A stretch of DNA of 63,187 bases, the filler included, from Dugesia japonica (Eukaryota): NCBI GenBank assembly GCA_001938525.1. It is 6 parts of 6 records of this genome, joined end to end, with 100 filler letters (N's around TTAATTAATTAA, not from the genome) between each part and the next. Parts side by side here need not be neighbours in the genome. Positions count along the whole stretch, not along the records: positions 43,238 to 53,699 come from MQRL01596601.1; positions 53,800 to 63,187 come from MQRL01610951.1; 4 more parts are not named here. One strand, written 5' to 3'. Position numbers and translations under genes: made by a program. Shown here in pieces: positions 53,253 through 63,187 of the stretch. Under the pieces are notes generated by a model. That model was not told the origin of the DNA. It saw only the letters and a list, made by a program, of their open reading frames with translations, and did not search any database. Every line of letters begins with the position of its first letter. Within the stretch, counting starts at the first letter, position 1.

Positions 53253-53634
53253 TTAATAATTGTAAGAATCATTCATAGACTTAAATATCTGAGAAATATT
53301 TTTAAAATATTTTATGAAATCATTATGTTAATTAAAATATTTCGTAAAAAATCAAATCGGTATTTTTAAAATATTTTTGAAAATTATTAGGTATAATAAT
53401 GAGAAATTTTTTGTAATTAATTTATTTTCAATTTAATTCTTAGAGATCATCATTTTATTTCAATGCTAATTTATCATATTATCAAAATGATAAATATCTA
53501 AAACTAGAACGATTTAAAGATAGTTTATTCCAATATTCCAGTAATCCTGCACAAGTTCATTCACAAGACTTTAAGTAAATTTTTATTATTTATTTCCCCA
53601 TTATCATTGTTCGAATTTACATAAGTTTATTTCA

Positions 53635-53699
<65 letters not shown>

Positions 53700-55100
53700 N
53701 NNNNNNNNNNNNNNNNNNNNNNNNNNNNNNNNNNNNNNNNNNNTTAATTAATTAANNNNNNNNNNNNNNNNNNNNNNNNNNNNNNNNNNNNNNNNNNNNC
53801 GAAACCAAGTTATTAATTAAGAAAATTATTAGCATTAAAAAGAAAATAAGAAAATGACCAGGAAAATAATATTTAATTAATAAAGGAAAATTAATTAATT
53901 TTGTCGAAAAATAAAATAAAATTACGCAAAAATCTGTTTTTTACAGATAACTCCGCTCAGGAAAGTCATAGAAAATTGGTGTAAGAAAAACTAAAAAAGA
54001 TGATCANAGGTAACAGAATTTTGCAGGAAGAAAATCCTATCACTATCAGGAGAACCCCTACAACGGTTGGAAGAATAAACCAATAAGGAACCAGAAAAAT
54101 AAAATAAAACAAAGAACAGAAGATCACATAATGACTTAAAAATAGCCACCAATGGAACTCTAAAAATCTATGAAAAAATATAAAAATTGGCGCCGTCACC
54201 AATCAGAAGCAACGAATTCGAATGATGACGGGTTGCATGCAGAAAACTATTTGTCTTTCAAAGAGAAGAAACTTGATCGTACAATTTTATTAATTTCTAA
54301 CAATGATTACGATGACTGTAGCCATCCTTGCAATTCGGAATCACATTCAATAAGAATGGCTTTATTCCCAATATTGTTACATTCAATGGCATGATTATTA
54401 TTGACGAGTGTGGTTGTTATGTCGATTCTGATATATTACTATCAACCATTGTTCTATCGATCACTGAAGACTAATTGTATGACCAACATATTACATTTAA
54501 CATTATTAAATTAAGTTATGATTTTTTTTCTTTATTTAATTTAATATTACTACTGTCGATTCAGGTAACAATTACGTAGTATGAATTATTATGATCTTAA
54601 TTATCTTATATTTAATAAAATTATTATTAATGGAAGCACCGGCTATTATAATATAGTGCCTTTTTGCCGATATTGCATTCAGAGCCAGGTTCAAAGTATG
54701 ACGAAAACTATTACCCTACCCACAGGCTCGAATAATATACACTTTGTAAAATTCATTTTATTCTTATATTTATTAGGAAACCAGGCCACATGACTGAAAT
54801 GTTATTAAAGACGTTACGGGTAATTCTCAAAGAAAGACGTAAGGGTCGTAGGAAGCAGTTATTAGCTCACCTTCTCTCTAATGGCGCGACGAAACTGATC
54901 TCCAGTGTTTTGTCGAGATGTTCCCACTAAATTTTCTGGTTGATATAGATGCCGAAATCTGAAAATATTATATTGAATGTTTTTTATAAAGATAAATAAT
55001 AGACCAGTGATCTTGGTAGTTGAATTTCTCATTACAATTAATATTTATGTATTATTGTAAATTTCGATGTTAATAAATAGATGTCATTTTATTTTTATAG

Positions 55101-55522
55101 TAGAGCATAAGTTGGAAATCCTCCTTGACCAGAGAACCGGTCGCACTATTTTTAAGAGATATNAAAATCCATATGATCGGAATGCCAGTGTCCTAGTAGA
55201 TAGGGCAAATGTGTCGGTTGAGACTGCAGAAGAAGAAAGAGACTGGGATGCTGACGAGCGGCACACCTACTATACCTGGAATGGGCCGGACCGCAAGCGG
55301 GCAGTATATCATTCGATCACCACTAACCAGATACGTGCTAGCGGGGAGCCACAGATCACACGAGAATGGCACGAGGGACCATCAGTCGTAGGCGTCATTA
55401 CGAGTCATCTCCCTGCTAGTTACAACTTAACGGCTTTTGTCCACGAGAATTTATGGAACATAAGGAACACCTTGGATAGTAGTACTGATGAGAATGTAGG
55501 CTCAACTTCAATTAATTCATGA
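55101..55522 (+). CDS. Unknown protein, probable terminal exon
   Basis: GC-elevated open frame after a TTTTTATAG acceptor; a decayed paralog lies on the opposite strand at 56040-56313. Confidence 0.45.
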
Positions 55523-55835
55523 GCCTGTTGTTGTTGCCCTAATCTTTTTATCGTCTTAATAAATAGTGTTAGTCCTCTTAATCGTCTTAGTAATAAATGT
55601 TTACATCAAGATCTTTCAATTACTTATAATGCTAACTAAGATATAACATTGTTTGTTTTTAATTAATTGGTCTAACTTTTAGAACTTACTAACCAAAAAA
55701 AATTTTATAGTGCATTCTTCTCTTAACCACTCCACGGCTCCCACAAAGAAAATGAGAGTAGCGAAGATCCCGAAATGACATACGACCTCTATTGTCTAGC
55801 GAAACGACGCTGGGAGGCGGACACCGCGTCAGCTT

Positions 55836-55895
55836 AGAGTAAAGTGTATATACTGATAGTAAAGTGTAAATACTGAGAGTAAAAGTGTATATCCT
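55836..55895. repeat. 20-bp tandem repeat x3 (AGAGTAAAGTGTATATACTG)
   Basis: Read directly. Confidence 0.8.
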
Positions 55896-56774
55896 TTAGG
55901 AAGGAAGTGGANGCCTCTCACACGCAAGTTTACAAGTTTTCATGAAATTAAAATAATCAACCACGACTTATAAATCAAAAAACAAATGAGCGAACAAAAA
56001 TGGAACATCAATATTTAATTTAATACATAAGTAAAAGCTAGTAGTTGGCTCTTCCAATCAGTGGGTATTCGTCGAAATCCTACGTAAAGGAAGGGGTGGG
56101 AGAAGCAAGAGATTCGGTATAAATGATTGGCGGCCTCGGCCAGTATTGGTGGTTATAGCACTCAAGGCTACGCTCGCAACGCCACTGAATTCGGTCCTCA
56201 GACGGGATATTCTACCTATCTACTAGTATCTCGGCGGAACGGGTTGTAAATTTCCAGGAACACTACTCATCCATTCTCGAGCGGAATTAACTTCCATATA
56301 TACTCTGGACATTCTAAGAAAATTAACAGAATTAATACTACACGTAAGGCAAAATTGAAAACATTTATTGATAAAATAAAACAAAAATCCGCTAATTTAA
56401 TGATTTAGTCTTTGACAGGTGATTGGTGTATGGGAAACATCTACACGAAACACGCCAGTTCTGTTTCGTCGGGATGTTCCACTTCATCGGGGGATAGTAC
56501 ATGGTGTACCAATTCATATAAGCGCCAACTCACGCTCGTATCTGATGTTTAATAGCAGATGGGGATAACTTGGAATTCCTTAAAGAAAAACTATTCATGT
56601 AATATCTTAGAATTTTATCAAAACCCAGTCACGTTGCATATTAGGGTTGATTGGTTATTAAAGCAATGTGAAATTTTGATTCCATGAATACGTCGCCATT
56701 CTCAATTATCATAACATAAATACAATGTTAATAAATGTAACACTAATATTAGAGACTCATCATGATCTTTATGT

Positions 56775-58230
56775 TTTCCAGACACATATGCCAGTTTCGA
56801 TACAATTGGAGCAGTATTGTTACAGAAAGATAAAGGAAGAAGATGAGTTGTTGCCTATAGATCACACTCAATGACGAGTCATGAAAAAAGATACTGCATT
56901 ACACGAAAGAAGTTATTGGCTGTTTATTATTTCTGTAAGCATTTCAAACATTACTTGTACGGTAGAGACTTACTCTTAGAACAGATCACAAAGCTCTAAC
57001 TTTCTTGATGACGAAGAAACCGATTACTTCNNNNNNNNNNNNNNNNNNNNNNNNNNNNNNNNNNNNNNNNNNNNNNNNNNNNNNNNNNNNNNNNNNNNNN
57101 NNNNNNNNNNNNNATATGTTATGTAGAACAAGATGTGGCGTATGTGCACAGTGTCAAATATCACATGAAGATTTCATAAAAGGGAAGATTAAAACAAGAG
57201 TACTGAACACAATTGTAAAAGAAAAAGGGATCAATCAAAGATTTCTGAAGAAAATAATATAATCAAGAAAATTAAAATTCCGGATGACAAAATTCATGAA
57301 GCAATAGAAGAAATACATAAATTATTATGTCATGCAAGAGTTGAAAAGGTGTAACAATCTATGAGAAACAAATATATTGTAAAGAATTTGTGTTGCCAAA
57401 TACAGAAGATAGTTCATAGTTGTGAAATTGGTCAGAAGACCAATTTAGTGACAACAACAACTAAAGAGAAAGCAAAGAAATTAGACGCTACCAAATTGTT
57501 TGAAGTTATATTTACAGATATATGTTGGCCAATTCGAGAAACAAGTGAACNNNNNNNNNNNNNNNNNNNNNNNNNNNACCAGTACAGTAAAGATCTAGTT
57601 CTTATAGCATTGCTTATACAAGACGAGGAAACAATACGAAAATCTGTTTTTGAGAAGTGGATGTTAAGTTTTGGATGTCCAAGAGATAGGACTAGATTGT
57701 GGGAAAGCCTTTGAATCCAGAGTTATGAGAGCGTTTGCACAGAAGGTAAATATTAAAGTTTCCTTTTCGAGTCCCTATCATCACAATGCAAATGGGCAAA
57801 TTGAGAGACAGTTCAGAACAATTCGAGATTGAATTAATGCAACACTTCAGGAAAGAAAAACAACAGATTGGGCAGATCTTTTACCCGAAATAGAATTTAC
57901 GATGAATGCAACAAAGCAGAAGACGACTGGAAGGAGACAACGTGAGATCGTTTTTGGAAAGAAAATTAGCAGAGAAAAGTGGTACGAGTCAGACGTTTCA
58001 GAGATAAATAAGGAAAGAATTTCAGAAGAGACTACTAAGAGAGAATTCAAAGTGGGTGATTTTGTACTCATCAAGATAGAAACAAATATAAGCCAAGACA
58101 GATTTGAAGGTCCTTATCGAATTATTGAGAAAAATCACAAAAGACGGTATGTGGTACAAGGAGAAAATGGACAGTGATTAGAAAGAAATGTAGAAAAACT
58201 TAGAAAGTTTCTTAAGAAGGGGGATATAAG
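56775..58230 (+). mobile_element. Ty3/Gypsy RNase H-integrase remnant with PPT
   Basis: TYASFDTIGAVLLQ, YCITRKKLLAVYYF, LRTDHKAL, SPYHHNANGQIERQF, RFEGPY; PPT AAGAAGGGGGA. Confidence 0.88.
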
Positions 58231-58385
58231 GAAATAATTATTAACTAATAATTTTAGCCAATAAAAGTAACAAAATTTAATATTAAGATTTAATCAATTC
58301 TATTCAATTATAATTATGTTATTAAGCATGTGTTGTAGTAGTGAAATAAATGTCTAAAAATATTAGTTGTGAATTGGAAAATGAA

Positions 58386-58790
58386 TTACCAATTGAAATA
58401 GAATTCACGATGAATGCAACAAAGCAGAAGACGACTGGAAGGAGACAACGCTCCTTCACTTACTGCATGTTTTGCTAATTCTCCTGGTAAAATCAATCTG
58501 ACAGAAGTTTGAATCTCTCTGCTTGAAATAGTTGATTTCTTATTGTAGCTGGCTAATTTGCTAGCTTCAGAAGCAATTCTTTNNNNNNNNNNNNNNNNNN
58601 NNNNNNNNNNNNNNNNNNNNGCTTTACCAGAGATTCCAGTATCAGGATGAACTTGTCTTAAAACTTTGTAAATGTAAATTCCGTAACTTTCTTTACGTTT
58701 GCGAATTCTCTTCTTTTTGTCTGTTTTGAGTTTGACATCTTTAGAAATCTTTTTGACAGATTTAGCCACAACCTTTCCTTTAATTGCCAT
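58386..58790 (-). CDS. H2B: Histone H2B with its C-terminus replaced after HAVSEG by Gypsy-derived sequence
   Basis: [50 protein letters not shown]; ATG at 58790. Confidence 0.9.
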   Translation of the reverse strand: MAIKGKVVAKSVKKISKDVKLKTDKKKRIRKRKESYGIYIYKVLRQVHPDTGISGKXXXXXXXXXXXXXXRIASEASKLASYNKKSTISSREIQTSVRLILPGELAKHAVSEGALSPSSRLLLCCIHREFYFNW

Positions 58791-58868
58791 TTTCGAAACC
58801 AATCGAAGATCTATTAAACACACATAATGAATCCAAAAATAGGATAACTGGAACTTTGTTGCACTGCG

Positions 58869-58888
58869 TTTTATATTGGGTTGGTTGG
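58869..58888 (-). promoter_or_regulatory. Putative H2B TATA box with adjacent CCAA(T) motifs
   Basis: CCAACCAACCCAATATAAAA about 80 bp upstream of the ATG. Confidence 0.5.
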
Positions 58889-59913
58889 TGGGTTCATTAT
58901 TTGAATCGAATCGAATATTGTTGTCTATCGTGTAAGTATGTATGTATTGTTGTGAATGAATTATTCAGTTTTGGTTATTACTTTCCCCAGCATGTGAATG
59001 TTGTGAGACGTCAAATTTGAGGGACTACCTGGGGTGGCATATACCCGCACTACGCCACTGTTTTTATAATTTATTAATTCGTTCTGATTAGAAATTTTAC
59101 TTCATAATAAGATGTAATATTTAATTTAGAACATTTATTAGAGTTATTAAGAAGTGAAATGCTAAATAACTTAATAGAAATTATTTAAAACTAAAATTTT
59201 AAACTTAATAAGTTGAAAATGTGATTTTATGTTCTAATTAAACCGAATTCAGATATTTTGACAAATCAGCTTGAGTTCCATAATAAATTGTTTGTTTCAA
59301 GGATCTAATTTCAGTATCAACAAGACAACAATACAGTACGAAAAATTCATTTATTATATCGAAAAAAATGGAAAATAAGCTTAATTAAGTCTAAATATAA
59401 ATTCGATAACAGACTATTTTACGCAACTGGTGGAATTATATTATCTCACAATATGTATCAAAGAAATAATATTTCTCATAAAACCTCTCAAATTTGAGAT
59501 CATAATTAAAATAAGCGAAAAAATATTTCAAACTTATTTATGTTTTCAGTGTTTAATTTAAGCGAATTTCATTTTAATTCTCGTTTTAAGAAATTCCAAA
59601 ATTAAAAAATTATATTGTAACATCAAATAAAAATTTCAAACAATAGTTTCTTCATTTAGTCCCCTAAAACTGTAGGAGCTACTTATTTAATATGCTTTTT
59701 ATACTGCTTTCAATAAGCTTTCCTGTTTTCATAAAAGAAAATTTTAATATCAAATATTTAAACTTTCAGATTAAACATATTTCTTCTAAATAATTTTTGT
59801 AATTTAAAAACTGTCAAAAAAATTTAATTTTCAATAAAACGAATGTGATTCTTTAATTTTTATTAATTTTTTTTATTTTAAAAGAAGATAGTAAGGAAAA
59901 CATTACCCAAAAT

Positions 59914-62668
59914 CAGAGACTTGAACTTGGAACCCAACCACGAACTGAAACTGGAGTTATTCGACATTTTTTACTGAACCCTAACCGAACCGGAATGATA
60001 TTTTGTAAAATTATATGAACCGAACAGTAACCTGTAACGATATATTTTTCAGATTTTCAAAGAAAAAAATCTTACAATTAAGATACCTACAAAAAAAATT
60101 TTACATGTAATTTTGAATCCATTCAAATGACTAAATCTAGCATTCTTAATCTACCATAATGGAGAACTCTGTTTCAAATGTCGAGTGACGTTAGTTGTTA
60201 AGCTATCACACATGTAAAAATGTCAATTCGAATTTCAATATTTTTATTCAACCTAAGGGTTTGTTATTTATAAAAATCAATTTTATTTTTATAAAAATCA
60301 ATTCTATTTTTAGAACTATTTAAAATGGGAAAAATAACACCGTTCGAAAATTCTTTTGAACTTATGGAATGTGCAAAATTGATATTTGCAACACAAAAAT
60401 AAATGGAAATCACGCTGCAAATTTCGAGAATAATGTTCAACACTTTCATACTCAAGAATATAAATTACTGTCAGAAGAAAAGGACTTGATTCCAGGGGAA
60501 ATATAATTATATCATTGGCATCGCAATCANNNNNTCGTCTGGATAATAAATTTTCATTTATTAAAAATAAAATGAACGTTCAAGTCCAAATTTCTCAAAC
60601 AAATTAATGGATGCATGTGCAGAATTGGTCACAAAAAATGATTTTCCGTTTAGTTAAAATAAAAGCTCGGGTTTTAAAAAAAATATCGATACAATTACAA
60701 GTGCATTTGACCAAAGAAATTCAGATGTCCATAATATTAAAAAACGCGTCCATAAATTTGCTGATGAACTAAAATATTAAATAAAAAACAGATTAGAAAT
60801 AAACTGATTTGTCTAAAGCTTGACATTGCTAATCGCTGCGACAGATAAATTTTAGGTATAAACTGCCAATGTTTTAAGTGACGAAATTGTCTTACGTACC
60901 ATTAGTATGGTGGAAATGACAAAAAAGCATAATGCCGAATATATAAAAGAAATTGTTATGGCAAATTTGAAATCGTATAGAATTATTATAAATCAGATAT
61001 ATAGTAACCACAGATAATGGTGTCAATATGATCAAGATAAGGAAACTTATTACTGAAAATTTGGACGTCAATATGAATTGTGATGATGATCAAAATGAAG
61101 AATTTATTTATGACGAAACTGATAGTGNNNNNNNNNNNNNNNNNNNNNNNNNNNNNNNNNNNNNNNNNNNNNNNNNNNNNNNNNNNNNNNNNNNNNNNNN
61201 NNNNNNNNNNNNNNNNNNNNNNNNNNNNNNNNNNNNNNNNNNNNNNNNNNNNNNNNNNNNTTAAAGAAAATTCTATTAATAATAAATTAGCAAAAATAAG
61301 ATTTGTTTGTAAAAAATAAGGAACTACAAATATTGTGGTTTTATTAAAGAAAATGAAATGTAAAAAACCTAAAATTGATTGTTCGGCGAGATGGAATTTG
61401 GCATATGACATGGTAAAACGAATATTAGAATTTACAAGCTTTTGTTCAGATTTGGAAAATTTGTACAGCTTTCTCAAAATTTTAGTCACTGTTTGAAAGT
61501 TTGAAGAAAAATTTGTTTCAGTCTTAAAACCCTTTAAAGTAGCTACGCCTTAATTACAAAGTGAGCAATTAACAATTGGTGATTTTTATGCTCTTTAGTT
61601 AGAACTAAAACTGGAATTAGGAATAAAAGCACTAGATGTACGTAACTTCACAAATTTGAAAAGTTCACTGTTAAAAGCTATTAACAATAGAGAGAAACTC
61701 CTCTTTGAAGGGAACCATATTGTGGCTGAATTATATTTGGATTCACGAGTAAAATTTTTACTTANNNNNNNNNNNNNNNNNNNNNNNNNNNNNNNNNNNN
61801 NNNNNNNNNNNNNNNNNNNNNNNNNNNNNNNNNNNNNNNNNNNNNNNNNNNNNNNNNNNNNNNNNNNNNNNNNNNNNNNNNNNNNNNNNNNNNNNNNNNN
61901 NNNNNNNNNNNNNNNNNNNNNNNNNNNNNNNNNNNNNNNNNNNNNNNNNNNNNNNNNNNNNNNNNNNNNNNNNNNNNNNNNNNNNNNNNNNNNNNNNNNN
62001 NNNNNNNTAATGTTTGATCCAACAAGATGTATAAACATGTTCAAATTTTGGGACTAAAACACAGTTTACACCAGAACTTTCAGCAATTGCAAAAGTAATT
62101 TTGGTAGTACAGACAACGCAGGTTAGCGTTAAACGCAATTTTTCAGTCTTAAAAATGATTTTAAAAGAAAAAAGAACAAATCTGAGTGAGCAAAATTTGG
62201 AAAATATTTTGCTTCGTAAATTGAACAAACTGTTCTCAATTTGATGCAGTTGTTGGAAATAAAATGTAAACTGGATTTAATTGAAAATTATTAACTTTTT
62301 AATTTCTACGGATTCAAAGAATATTGAACTCATGTATTTTTTGATATGTAAATGTAATATTTATTTATATATTTTATTTTTGTTACATTATTTATATTTT
62401 TTTATTATTATTTTTGTTGTGGTAAAAGACCTGAATTAATAAAAAATGTCTGAATTAACAAAATATCAAGTGTTTTTAATAACATAATATCTTATTCGTT
62501 ATATTTATATATCATATTCCTTTACTGAAAATTTTTAATTAATTTTGAACCGGTTTTGAACCTTAACCGGAATTAAACTGAACCGGAACAAAACTTAAAT
62601 TTCAATAATTGAAACGTAAGCTGAAACCCAGAAATACTACGAAACGAACCGTTCGGTTCATGTCTATG
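59914..62668 (+). mobile_element. Full-length decayed hAT transposon (transposase ~60330-62245)
   Basis: TIRs CAGAGACTTGAAC vs CATAGACATGAAC (11/13); TSD CCCAAAAT/CCCAAGAT; GAACCG subterminal repeats; LKLDIA, TTDNGVNM, DCSARWN, TTQVSVKRNFSVLK. Confidence 0.9.
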
Positions 62669-62900
62669 CCCAAGATATGTAGGTTTCATTGTCGAAAAAC
62701 ACAGAATTTCTTTAATATCATTGGTATTAATGAGGAACATAGTTAAACGATCAATTCCCAAACGCAAAACAGCCATTGGTAGCATACCAAGCTTCATAGC
62801 TTTTGAAAAACCTCCATCAATAAACATATTCATCCTAACCACCAGCTCTCCCTTTGTTCTTTTTTTAACAAGAGGGTCATTCTATTGTGTAGCGCGATAG
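62669..62900 (-). pseudogene. Lysyl-tRNA synthetase C-terminal (class II motif 3) fragment, diverged
   Basis: MFIDGGFSKAMKLGMLPMAVLRLGIDRLTMFLINTNDIKEILCFSTMKP versus LysRS consensus MFIDEnFctALEYGLPPTaGwGmGIDRLtMfLTdsnNIKEVLLFPaMKP. Confidence 0.8.
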
Positions 62901-63187
62901 CCCAATTTTGTTTTCAATTGAAATGAGAATCTTTTCAAATGAAATAAGAATATTTTTTTAAAGTAATTAATCAATAAACTGATTTTTGGAAGGAAAACTG
63001 TATTTAAATATTAAAATGTTTATTTTAATATGACCATANCAAAACATATATCAAAATAGAAAAATTCTAATACGGAAAAAAGTTTAATTTGTAAGAAATT
63101 CGACTATGGTAAAAGTGTTAAACATATTTTTAAAGAGATTTAGGTAAACTATAAAACAGTTCACAACATTATTAAAATTAATAAATT

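Noticed and set aside
53054-53278. Poly-Asn / poly-Ile ORFs and other ORFs spanning N runs
   Set aside because: Artefacts of (AAT)n microsatellites and assembly gaps.
54322-54475. ..NGMIIIDECGCY resembling a TGF-beta C-terminus or a Walker B motif
   Set aside because: No upstream cystine-knot cysteines or Walker A motif, and the frame continues past CxC.
54186-55910. LTR element defined by PBS-like TGGCGCCGTC (54188) and purine tract AGGAAGGAAG (~55898)
   Set aside because: No matching LTR pair and no gag/pol motifs between them.

Overview
AT-rich eukaryotic DNA, most likely from a planarian-type flatworm (inferred from 42-51 nt introns, the H2B N-terminus and the TE repertoire). It is not one locus: five artificial 100-bp linkers (44 N + TTAATTAATTAA + 44 N) join six independent scaffolds (1-12870, 12971-22836, 22937-31621, 31722-43137, 43238-53699, 53800-63187). 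Most of the window is decayed mobile DNA: about nine Ty3/Gypsy remnants plus a solo LTR, three hAT transposase remnants, several MITEs, and extensive Polinton/Maverick (adintovirus-like) material. The Polinton material comprises protein-primed PolB fragments, an integrase, two deeply different double-jelly-roll capsid genes, a parvovirus-like PLA2 gene and a long TIR family. Host genes are a GCNT/core-2 glycosyltransferase last exon, the 5' part of a RIB43A/RIBC gene, a 3'-chimeric histone H2B and a decayed lysyl-tRNA synthetase end. The most notable observations are: the endogenous virus-like module (Zn-finger-PLA2, capsid, divergent HTH-like gene); Gypsy elements whose gag frame begins inside U5 and crosses the LTR/PBS junction; a tandem pair of unknown intron-containing paralogs; a 165-bp AGTAGT-ended mini-element; and a convergent pair of unknown paralogous exons. 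All alignments and translations were done by eye.
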